NCBI GenBank assembly: GCA_023213395.1
Contig: CM041465.1
Coordinates: 245,961,741 to 246,025,740, forward strand
Length of the DNA: 64,000 bases
From: Cycas panzhihuaensis
Taxonomy: Eukaryota; Plantae; Cycadophyta
Direction of reading: 5' to 3'
Positions within the stretch are counted from its first letter, which is position 1. Every line of letters starts with the position of its first letter. This document shows positions 33,963 through 45,500 of this stretch, one piece after another. Position numbers and translations under genes: made by a program. The notes below the pieces were generated by a model. That model did no database searches. It worked only from the letters and a program-made list of their open reading frames with translations, and was not told where the DNA came from.

Positions 33963-36900
33963 TGTTAGAATATTAATATATTAGAGAAAAATAAGGAGAT
34001 AATTAGCTAATATGCATTTATTTATATAAGACACAAAAGTGGTGGAACCCATACTAAAACTAAATTCTACTATATAAGGACATCATTAGTATATAAGATT
34101 ATATATTATATAACATATTTCATAGTATATAATACTTTAAAAATAAAAAATAAAGATATCTTGTGATACCATTTATGATCTTGGTATTACTTTGCTTGTT
34201 TTACTCTGTTATCAATTTATTTAATTTAGTCCTTTACTATTCTATCAATTAGATTTCTAACATGGTATCAAAGTGAATTTATAAATTCTAACATGGTATT
34301 AAAACTAAGTTTAAAGAAAGGCCTTGTTAATTGAAGTAATTCCATTTGTAGGTGATTCTATTGAGACCATTTGCCAGGTTGGAAGACCATTTGCCATTTG
34401 TTTGTGAAATAATAACCTCTATTCAAGTCCATTTAATCCCATTTGAAGTTGTTATGTATATATATACTTAAGGGCTAAAAAAGGTTGTTTGTCCCATTTG
34501 AGCCTATTTATGAAATGTTTAACTTTGTTTGATACCATTGTTGGTTTAACCAAACTCTGTATCTTTGATCCTTTATTGATCCTATACCTGAGTAACTATG
34601 TTTATTAATATTTAAAGTTTTCCTTTGTGTGTAGTTTGTACTTACCTTTGTATAAGTTATTAATATCTTTGCCCTCTCCATGGTGAGTGATTGACACCTG
34701 TATATCTCTTTTGTACATAAAGATCTTATAATTATGTATCAACATTGCATGCTACTTTTGTTATTCTACTCCTCTAATTGAGATATCATATTTGTAACCT
34801 CAAGTATATCGATTAAACCCCTCTATCTACATTATACGAAGTATGTATATGATTCAAGTCACTTGGCTAGCTATCATTCTCTATTATGATTAAGTGAATG
34901 TATGACTTTACTTGACTATGTATCAATGTACTATGTTACCTCAATGCACTACTACTTTATGGCTTCTCATCTATTGTGACCAAGTGAAGGTTGAAGTGAT
35001 CTTAGTATGTGTGCTTATTGGCTATGAATATGACACGTGGGGATACTCCAACATAAAGATCATGACAACTTCCTATATAGATATCAAAGTCACTTCTTTC
35101 ATTCCTCACCTAATCAAATCTAAAGTTCTAATAGAAACTTATTTGAAAGTTGATTGATTTTTAATAAAAAATAAAAATTTACAGTCACTCATTAATGAAT
35201 GGTTAAAGGTCAAGTATATTTAGAATATTCCACCTTAGCTTAATTTTTGTTCACAAAGGGTTTTTGTAATTAAACCCAATTAAAATTTTATTTGAGATCT
35301 ACTAACCCCTCAATGGTTAATCCCTTAATCTTATACAACTTTGACATGACCAACCACTAGTCAATGAAAAGGGCTAAACCCTAACAAATTCAATTTCATT
35401 TTTCATAAAGAGGTAACTATAGTATTTTGTTAATATCTATTCAACTAGGAGTCTATTTTTCAAACTATCTAAACCATTAGAATCTTGACTTAGAGTACTA
35501 CATTTTGAGCTATGATTTGAAATATTTTAATGCTATCTTGATAGAGAAATTTTAATTCAAAGTTAATGCATTATACTAGGATCATGAGAGAAAATTGAGA
35601 AACAAAATGCATACAAGTTAACATACTAAGTATAATGAATTATTGTACTTACTTGATCATACTTGTGGTTATTTTTTACACTTAAAATTTATTTTTTCTA
35701 GTAAAAGAGAATCACACCTTACTTGTAATCAATAAATTTATGAGATGTTGTTTCTAAAGAATATAAAGTTCTAGAATCTATTTATCATACTATTGAATTC
35801 AAACTTGATTAATAATAAAAAGTGTTAGAATTTAAAAATAAAGATATTAAAGCACTGAGTTACATCTTCTCTACTTTGGATGGTAATATATTCTCTCATG
35901 TATATCATGCTACTACTTCAAAGGAAACATGAGATATTTTGAAATCTATTTTTTCTCCAAATATTAAGTCACTTGATGAAAAATTAGTGATTATTGAATA
36001 CAAAAATAAATTAGAACATGTTGATGAACCTATTACCTCAATAGCTTGTTTGAGAGGAAAAATTAGAAAACCAAATTCTTAAGGAAATTCTCAAATTTTA
36101 TCTTAAGGTAATATTACAAGTAATTAAGATTCTCAAGAAAATACCAAAGTTCATATTGAAAAGGTATGCTAGAAACATGATGAAAAGGTATGTCAAGAGA
36201 ATATGGTTGATAACATTATTGATGAATGTACTATTAAATCTACTATTGATGAAGTTACTACTATTGAGTATGTTAAATGTGATGAAGTTGTTATTAAAGA
36301 ATCCATTGATTATTTTGATTATTTAAATGATGGTAATAATATACAAGTTGATAAATTTAAATAGATTATGATTGAGTCTAATTTAAGAGACATTCTTATG
36401 TTCTAGAATGATGAAGATGAAGCAAAATATAAAGAAGTTGAAATAAAAGTTCCTCAAATAGTTTACTTGATTGCATCTAGAAAGATTTAGTATGACATTG
36501 AGAATGTTATATAGTTGATGAAGAACCTAACTTTACAAATCAAAATGAAGCATATTGATATCAAGCATCATCGCTACATTCAAGAGTTAATATGACAAAA
36601 ACAACTTCAAGATCAAATTGAAGAGCAAATACCAAATATTATTTCTAGGAAATTTCTAAAGATCAAGTATTAGAAATTCAAAGAAACATCTACATTTCAA
36701 AATGTACATTAAGGGGGAGTGTTATAATATTAATATATTAGAGAAAAGAAAGTAGATAATTAACTAATGCACATTTATCTATGTAAGATACAAAAGTGGT
36801 GGACCCACACTAGAAACAAATTATACTATATAAGTACATCGTTAGTATATGAGATTATGTATTGTATAGCATGTAATGTTAAAAAAAAGAAAGAAAAGGT

Positions 36901-37031
36901 ATCTCATAATATCATTTATGATCCTAGTATTATTTTATTTTCTTTATTATTTATTCACTTAATTCACTCATTTACTATTATGCCAATTATATTTCTATCA
37001 TGGTATAATAGTGAATTCATAAATTCTAATA
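33963..37031 (+). mobile_element. Complete non-autonomous Copia-derived mini-element: LTRs 33963-34293 and 36720-37031, PBS 34294-34305, PPT 36711-36719
   Basis: Direct repeats of 310-330 bp. TSD ATTTA/GTTTG (two G>A differences); removing the element restores the host RT frame. Confidence 0.9.
35735..36712 (+). pseudogene. Single-frame decayed ORF (326 codons read): Copia Gag N-terminus, acidic linker and RNase H C-terminal half
   Basis: Reads NL*DVV..KDIKALSYIFSTLDGNIFSHVYHATTSKET*DILKS, then a D/E-rich tract, then LMKNLTLQIKMKHIDIKHHRYIQELI..EEQIPNII..KY*KFKE. There is no frameshift, only stops. Confidence 0.8.
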
Positions 37032-38321
37032 GTTTGCAGCTTTCTAGTAGCTTTACTTTGGCTTAGACATGAACCTAAATACTAGACCAACTATAAAGAA
37101 AATATCAATCATAGTTGTAGTTAAAATAAATCAAGCTATTAACCAACTACCTATACATAGTGCTATAAGTCTAGTCTCCATCATCCTAAGATGACAATTT
37201 TGAACCTATCTCCATGGGGATTAGGATATGTTTACAATCCTCCATTCTAATTTTTTTCAAAATATCTCATGTATATTTAACTTATGAAATTATGATTTTT
37301 CTAGGATTTTACCAAAGTTCTACTCCTATAAAGTAGTACAGTAATCCAAGATCTATTATCTTCAATGTTCTTTTAAGATCACCTTTTAGGTCATCAACTA
37401 TTAAGATATCATTAATTATTATCACTCAATCGTCCATGGTTAAAACCACAAAGACGAGTAAATATTTACCTTTGATTTTTATGTATGAATTTAAATCAAC
37501 TGATGACCTCTCAAACTTTCTTTGTAGAAAATATTGATTAATCTTAGAATATGAGGCTCTTGGAGTCTATTTTAAGCCATTTAAATCTTCTTCAAGTAGA
37601 ACATAAAGTGTTCTTTTCTTATTGTAATATATCCAAGTGGCTATTATAGATATACTTTCTTCTTAAGATCTCTATTCAAGAAGGCATCGTTAACATCAAT
37701 CTAGTGTAACTACCATTTGGATAGAGTAGTTATTGCTAGTATTAGTATAATTATCACCATCTTTACTACTAGAGTGAATGTATCCTAATAGTCAATGCCT
37801 TCTACCTACTTGAATCAATTTGTTATAAGTCTAGCTTTGTATTTATTAACTCATATATTGTATTTGAATTCAGTATTAGAAACCCATTAACATCTAATTA
37901 TATATATTTTTGTTGGAAATTCAACTAAGTCCCAAGTCTTATTCTACCTCACAACATGGATTTTAGAATCCATTATTGTTCTTTACCTTTTGTAACAAGC
38001 CTTCTCAAAATACGAAGGCTTATCAAAATCAAGAACACTTTCCATTCAAGGAAAGTTGGTTGTCTTAAGCCTTATCCTTAACTTTTATTTCCTTTTAGTC
38101 TTATATAATTGAGTTTTTTCTATAATTTTCAAATACCACTTAGGGAGTTTCTCAGTACGTGGAGCAACCTTAGGCTACACTTCAAGCTATGATTCCTACG
38201 CATCATGATACTCCTCTTCCTCACCTTTTATTTTATCTTTAATTAATATATTGGCTAGATCTTACTTAGTCTTAGATATAACAAACTATCTGCTTGCCTT
38301 TATCTTATTATATCCTCAAAG

Positions 38322-38679
38322 TGTTAGGCTAATACCCTTGTTGCTACCTTGTTTCTAAGATGACATTATAATGAACCATTACACCAAAACCTCGAGGTGT
38401 TAGTGAAGAGGGACCCCTACTAAGTAGACCATTACCTCCCCCCAGGTCAAATGGGCTAGCCTCGCCTAGCCCCACTTTCACTAGCGTTCATGTGCCCCAT
38501 AAGCCCTAGCTACGATGGTGTTTTGTGCATCGGCGACGTTTGGCGCATCACCCCACCACCCCCATAAGCGGTGTTGCCCCCACAGGATTTGAACCTGTGT
38601 CTTGGCTCTGATACCATTTGTTACGAAACTTGTTCGTAATTGAAGGTAATTCTTAGATTTACAAGGTAGTGAGATAACA
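38322..38679 (-). mobile_element. 358-bp GC-rich TRIM-like or solo-LTR-like insertion with PBS (38604-38616), T-arm hairpin (38581-38599) and PPT (38435-38443)
   Basis: TGTTA..TAACA termini. Flanks CAAAG/TGAAG are consistent with a CGAAG TSD. Perfect TGGTATCAGAGCC on the minus strand. Confidence 0.65.
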
Positions 38680-39609
38680 TGAAGACTTCAAAAATAGCTG
38701 AATAGTAAGTTTTGCTTTCTTTGTTATACTTGATAGGGATATACTTAGAACCTTTATTGTCAAACTTCTATTGCTTCTCCTTTGACACAAGTGCATATAC
38801 AATACTTCTAATGATTCTAAGATATCCTATTATTAACTTTCTTTTGAACCTTCATTAAATTCTAATTGGTTAAATAGGCTATTATGAAAATAACTTCATC
38901 CAAAAAAGATTCTAAGAGATTTCTTACTTTCATCGTTGACTTGGCCTTTTTGATAAAATTCCTTTTAATCATCTCAATAACTTTATTTTGCTAAGGTATG
39001 TATATTATTCTTAATTATTTTTTAGTTCCATGGTCCTCACAAAATTGGACAAAAGCTTTGGAGGTATATTCTCTTCCATTATCTAATCTAAGGATTTTCA
39101 ATCTCTGACCACTTTCATTTTCTATTTTCACCTTGAACTCCTTAAAAATCTTAAAAGTTTAAGATTTCTCCTTTATGGGATAAACCCAAACTTTCCTAAA
39201 AAAGTCTTTGATTAAGGTCAAGAAATATTTCACACTTTTAAGTAAAGTTGTTAGTATTAGACCACAAATATTTAAGTGGAAAGGGCTTATCATTTTAGTT
39301 GCTCTCCAAGCTTTTAAGTCTAGTTGTTTTCCTAAAATTTTTTCCTATGTTCTTTTCCTATGATATAAGGTTTACAAATATTGTTCACTGGTTTGAGTTT
39401 TAGAATACCATAAGCCATCCTTAATTTATATATCAAATGTAGATAAGAGTAATGAAAATGCCCCATTCTTTTATGTCATAATTAAATTTTACAAGATACA
39501 TCAATAGTTAATACACTTTTTGTTTTATGCACTTACCCAAGAGACTATAAAGACCACCATCTTAGATTCCTTTCATTATTACTTTCCCATCATAGTCTCT
39601 AACAACAAC

Positions 39610-40083
39610 ATTTCTATTTATTTTCTAGTCATTCCAATATGGCAAGGTATGCTTTTATATTTTACATTTGACTAGAACTATGAATGATTTACATGATTTG
39701 ATTATGAATATATATATGCATATTTATAACTCTAAATAAACCTATGATGTTGATAGACAAAATGAAGGATTTAATATGCAATAGATAAGTAATTTTATGC
39801 ATGATGCTAGAACCCCATAGCCCCCCTTAAAATGCATTCCAAAACCAAAATTAAATTGATTAATATCATGCATTTGAACTGCCTAATTTCACCTAAATGA
39901 ATCACATTACATCATGTACTAAAAAATAGTGAGTCATCCACCATCTCCTTGCATAATAAAATTAAGTTAAAACAAATATAAATATTTATTTTATTGGTTA
40001 TCACAAAGAGTTGTGATTTTTTTGGTGTTTTTACACCGATGAATCCTAACATCCATTTTCCTCTCATGTAAGATAATATAAAA

Positions 40084-40162
<79 letters not shown>

Positions 40163-41920
40163 ATAAGGGAATGATTATCTCCCTTCCTTACCCCCATAAA
40201 ATAAAATATAAATAGATGAGGAATAAACAAAGGTATTAAGAGGACATTCCCCTCGCCCTTAATACTTTGAATAAAATATATATAAAAAAAGAAATAAACA
40301 AAACAAACATTATAAAAAAATAAGCATTAGAAAACAATCAAATGAATCAAAATATGGAAACATTATGAAAATAAATGACAAATGAAGGAAACAAATAAAA
40401 AATAAAGGAAATGAAAAAGAATTAAAAAGAAATAAACAAATGTGAAAATGAATAAGGAGCAACATCATTTTTTTGAATAAAATCTAAGTGTAATGATGGG
40501 GGGAAATATCCTACCAACTAGAGCTTAATTGCCGCATTAATATTGAGTGGATACATCAGGAAGTAGAGCCAATTCCATAGCATTGGCTTCTTCTAATTCA
40601 CATAATGTTATAGAATTGGCTTTGGCAGGAAGTAGGTTTATTGGATTTGCAGCTAAGAAATTGGATTTGATTCAAAATATTTTTTTACAAAGGCAATAAT
40701 GGAGAAATTTAGATATATTTAATAAGATATGTTTCTTGTTTCCATGACATCATTGTTGACATTTATGGTATATGGAAAAATGATGGTATTATTTATGATC
40801 TAAAATAATTATTCATTGAAAGTGAAGCAATTTTCCCTTTTAAAAAGGGACTGATTTTACACAATTTCACTCTTATTGAATGCATTAGGAATAAATACCT
40901 CCTAAGGATTTGCAAGGGGGGATAAAACATATAATTCTCATGCATATGGTGACTAATATGCAATATAAAATTTAAGAATGGAAGAGGGTTTTTGAAAATA
41001 AATATAGGATAAGGTTATAAAGACTATAGATACCAATTAAAACCATTTTTTCCCTAAATAGTTTTGCCATTTCTCTTATGTAGGTAGATTTATTTCTCAA
41101 TTTTCAAGTTTCTCATTTTGATTCATTTTATTTGATTTTTATTATCTCCTTTCTTTAGTTTGTTATATTATTATTGTAGTTTAGAAATTTTCCTAACTAA
41201 AAACTCATCCTAAAATAAATATTAAAACTATAGGCATCTTGAAAACCCTCATAAGTTGATTATTGAAAATAATTCTATATTAGAGTAAATTAATTAAAGA
41301 AGTTTAATTTAGAAATCAATTATATCAAACCCTATATTTCTTACTAAATGCATTGCAACATAATCAAATCTCTTCTTGGAAATATTTAAAACCCTAATTC
41401 ATACTCCTTATTAGAATTTTTTTGAAATGTTGCATTGAAATCTAAATCTGGTTGGAAATATTTACACCTAAAAATGAAACATGGTCTTTTTTTTTTTTAC
41501 ATAGCCAAATGATCATCTAAAATGTGATGAATTCAAATGCTTTGATCAATAGGGCATATGTTATAAAAATCATGATTTTTTGAAGAAATATTTGAAACCC
41601 TAATTTATGTTTCTTTATTAGAAACATCAACAACATTATAATATAACCTTAAAATATTTTAAAAAATATTACAACTAAGAACATATATATCAAACTTGTA
41701 ACAATAAGATTCTAAGTGGATTATTATATACTTCTTATCATATTTGTTGCACATTTCATTTGAGGCTTAAATAGAAATACTAGTTTCCAATTTAGGGCTC
41801 GTCATATTTGTTATTGTATTTATATATATGATTATTTCCTTCTTTATTTCCATTTAATTAGATCATATTAAAAAAAAAAAGAATAAAGCTTAAAAAAAAA
41901 TAATTGCTCTTATATTAGGA
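39610..41920 (-). mobile_element. Probable 3' non-coding region, PPT (39821-39830) and truncated LTR of a Gypsy-like element
   Basis: Minus-strand TTAAGGGGGGC followed by TATGGGG (possibly a decayed TG start). A degenerate open stretch lies at ~40540-40900. The left boundary is uncertain. Confidence 0.35.
40086..40158. repeat. (AG)~36 microsatellite
   Basis: Directly visible. Confidence 0.98.
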
Positions 41921-41949
41921 GCTTGTGTGAAGGGATTTATAGACGTAAT

Positions 41950-42242
41950 TGTTGAAAAATCAACACAAGATATGAAATACTAATGTGCATGTAGAAATAA
42001 AATGATAAAACAAAGCATAGAACTATTTAACTCAAATTAGTTATACAGAACAAGATGACCAAATTAGTTGGCACTATCAATCTTTAATTTGGTAGGGCTT
42101 TGCCATATTTGAATATCCAATGTACATAAAAAAGGGTATAGGCATAATTTATAGGCCATGATACACCTTAAATATCAATTGATTGGTTGGCATAATGAGC
42201 CAATATAATTGGCCCATTATTTGGTAGGGGGTGGACCCAACA
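41950..42242. mobile_element. Solo LTR (293 bp)
   Basis: TGTTG...CAACA termini flanked by TAAT/TAAT; no adjacent PBS or PPT. Confidence 0.65.
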
Positions 42243-42249
42243 TAATTAG

Positions 42250-42575
42250 TCTAAGGGGGCTAAGAGATTAACATTACTAAAATTTCATATTGTGAAAGCT
42301 TTAAAACCTAATGGAGGTGTGGGTTTCAAGGTGGGTCTGGACTCAACTAGAATACTGATGGAGCAATAGGTTAGCCATACCTATAAGCCCCCTTTAGGGT
42401 TTATCTTAATAATCTAAGGGGGTTAAGAGATTAACATTGCTAAAATTTAATATTGTGAAAGCTCTAAAACCTAAGGGAGGTGTGGGTTTCAAGGTGGATA
42501 TGGACTTAATTGGAATACTAGTGGAGTGATAGGTTAGCCATATCTATAGGCTCCCTTCAGGGATTATCTTGATAA
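42250..42575 (+). repeat. 163-bp tandem duplication within the putative Copia 5' LTR
   Basis: 42250-42412 and 42413-42575 align end to end (tctaagggggYtaagagattaacatt...ttatcttRataa). Confidence 0.9.
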
Positions 42576-45500
42576 CGAGTTGGGATAACTAAAACCTTAA
42601 TGCAAGATCAAAATCAGCCCAGTCCAATATCCATCATAGCCATGGGATATATATATACTATTTGACTCTTTGAAGGAGGTATATCACTGCTCACTAGTGA
42701 ACTGGATAAGGACTAAGAGCACCTTGAATCCATTGTAACTTAGATTTTATCATCAAGCATAAGTGCTGATATCGCAATTGAAGGCTCTAATCGTATACTA
42801 GAATTCTTAAGTATCGAATCAATACGTTGCTTACATTTGGATATAAGTTAGAGGTTAGTGGTATGACACATCACCACTCTTCACTAGCTCTACATTAGGC
42901 TACATTCTTACATGATTACTTATACTCATTCTTCATTAATGATCCGTTAAGCATTCATATCATTTATAATTATTAGAAAATACTTAGTTGCCATTTATCA
43001 TTGCTTGCCCCCTCATCATAACATTCATTTCTACATCCCTGTTACACCAGGTGTACTAGCCATACATGTCAGTGACACATATATTTATCAACTCTTCTAC
43101 TTCTTTATTATCATCATCATGTCATCACAATTTAAGTAGAACATCAACTACATATTGAAAGATAAAGAAAATTGGGATTTATGGTATATTGGAGTTAAAA
43201 ATACTACAAAATATAAATACCTTTATAAAGAACACTTATAACCTATACCCATCATACTTATAATAACTACAACACCTACTTCTGATGCAACCACCCCACA
43301 AACTTCTACAGATGATGCATCCAAATACAATAGGAGATAACCAATGAGAAGATTCATGTAGGAACTCTATTACTTACTAATCACTCTTTGCATAATTTGA
43401 TTAACAAAGAGCAACATGATACAACCTGAAAGGTTCTCAAAGTTCTCAAGAAGGATTTTGATACCAAGTCAAACTTAGAATTTGTTCTTCTTATACTAAA
43501 AATAAATAAGCTAAAAATACAAAAGGAACAAGCTCATAAAACAATAAATCTCCTTTGGCTAAAAAATAGGCAATTGATAAATATTTTAAGACCCAATGCA
43601 TCACCTAAGATTTTCAAATACAATCATATCTTCAAATCCTAAATTATAAAAGCTTGCTTAGAAATCTTCAATCAAGTGGCATATTGAAGACACTCAACTT
43701 TGAAGCACTTGCTAAGAAGTTCATAGAATTTGATTAGACCTTTGATACAAACCTTGTATCCTTTGACTCTCTTTCAGATTTTACTGTGGAAGAAGAAGAG
43801 GTCTACTACACAAAGACTCAAGGTCCCTCTTATGGAAGAGCAAATAATTAAGAAAGAGGAAGAGGAAGAAATAATGGAAATTATCCACAAAGTCAACCAA
43901 ACCTTCAATCATAGCCTCGACAGTCTCAAGGCCAAGGGCCACCTCAATAAAAAATAAGATAATTAGGCCAAACCAGTACCCCTTTAAGGACTGGTAATCA
44001 AACCATTATGTGTGAATGGTATAACAATAAAGCACACTTTGCAAAAGATTGTATAACCACCACTTATAAGTTGGCTAAGTTCCAACTAAAAAATAGGGCT
44101 CATAATATTAAAGAAACTTGTGAATAATCATTTGGTGGTGTAGGTTTTGCATAATCTCATTTTTAAAGAACTAAAGGATCTTTAGTATGAAATGTCATTA
44201 ACTAATCATAGAGATACTTTGAAGCTTGATGTAGATATGTCACTTGTGAATTCTCTTCACTGATGCTAACCCCTCTTCAAATTACAAATAATGATACTTC
44301 AATCGATAGATAGTGGATCAGGGACACATGAGCAACTCAACATATGACGTGAAATTGTAGTCTATATTAAACATTTAACTAAAATGTTCAAGAAGTTATT
44401 CATATGACTAACAAACCATAATAACTTATTGAAGGAATTAGTAACATTCGCCTGAAACTCCCAATCTTAAGACATTTCACATTACTTGATGTCCTCTACA
44501 CACCCAATCTCAAAAAAAACCTACTCTCCTTATCTACACTCATCTCCCATGGATTTAATTTGAGTATAATTATAAATGACTAGACTCTTCATGTCATTCA
44601 CCCTCTAACTAATCAAGTGGTATTGACTAGACATCTCACTCGTAAACTCTTTTGACTAAATGACTCTTTATCTTCTGAAGCCTATTATACTCAAAGCCCT
44701 TATGTTGATGAATAATTTACATTTAATACCACCCTAACCGACCCAAAGCTATCATATAATTCTCTTTGGCATGCTTGCATGGGCCATGTTCATATCAATT
44801 GACATAGAGTTTTTTGTAAAACTTTTTTAGGTCTTCCAAAGTTCTCCTCTAAGCCCTTCAAATACGAAGCCTATATTATTGCTAAATCTTATTGACAACC
44901 CTTTTCCTAAAAGTTAGTAGAAATAGATCCATCCATTACAATTGGTATACTTTGATCTATGTAAACCAATGCCTATTCCATCACTAAAGGGTAAGTCATG
45001 TTACATATCTTTCATTAATGATTTCATCAAGAAAGTGTGGGTAACATTTCTAACTAAGAAAGATGAAGCCTTTAGTGTCTTTAAAGAATTTAAAGCCCAT
45101 AGTAAAAAAGAGTTAGGCTATCAACTTAGATATCTTTGAACCGATAATGGTTGTAAATATACCTCACATGAGTTTAAAATCTACCTTTAAGAAAATAGTA
45201 TTAGACATCAAACAATAGTAGCATGTACCTCACAACAAAATAGAGTTATCAAGTATATGAATAGAATAATCATAAACTTGGCTTGAGCTATGTTCGTATA
45301 TAAGAATATACCTACTTACCTATGGGCTAAAGACATTTAGATAATTGTTTATTGAATCAATGCTATCAACCCATCAAAGTAAGGATAATTACTTAATAAA
45401 AAGTGGTCTGGATAGGTCCTTATTATTCACTACTTCAAACATTTTAGCTCTATATACTATACCCATATCTTTGTTGGATACCCTATCAATAAGATAAGGT

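Larger units (their letters stand above)
33092..39600 (-). mobile_element. Ty1/Copia remnant (integrase, RT, RNase H, PPT and 3' LTR ~33092-33416) inserted in the Gypsy integrase, with two nested insertions
   Basis: Integrase LRLDNGREYTSKAF near 39055-39100 and KFDNKGSKYI near 38740-38770. RT H*IDVNDAFLNRDL near 37665-37710. Y*KAANKILKYL is rebuilt across the 33963-37031 insertion. PPT TTAAGAGGGA at 33418-33427. Confidence 0.8.

Noticed and set aside
38560-38616. Possible tRNA gene (T-arm hairpin, plus-strand end ..CTCTGATACCA)
   Set aside because: There is no D-arm, anticodon arm or acceptor pairing. The CCA-containing match is the complement of a PBS. No 5S-like (Cassandra) sequence was seen either.
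39991-40230. ORF with an SLSLSL tract
   Set aside because: It is an artefact of the (AG)n microsatellite.
42250-42575. CRISPR-like or satellite array
   Set aside because: There are only two 163-bp units, no spacers, and the context is a eukaryotic LTR.
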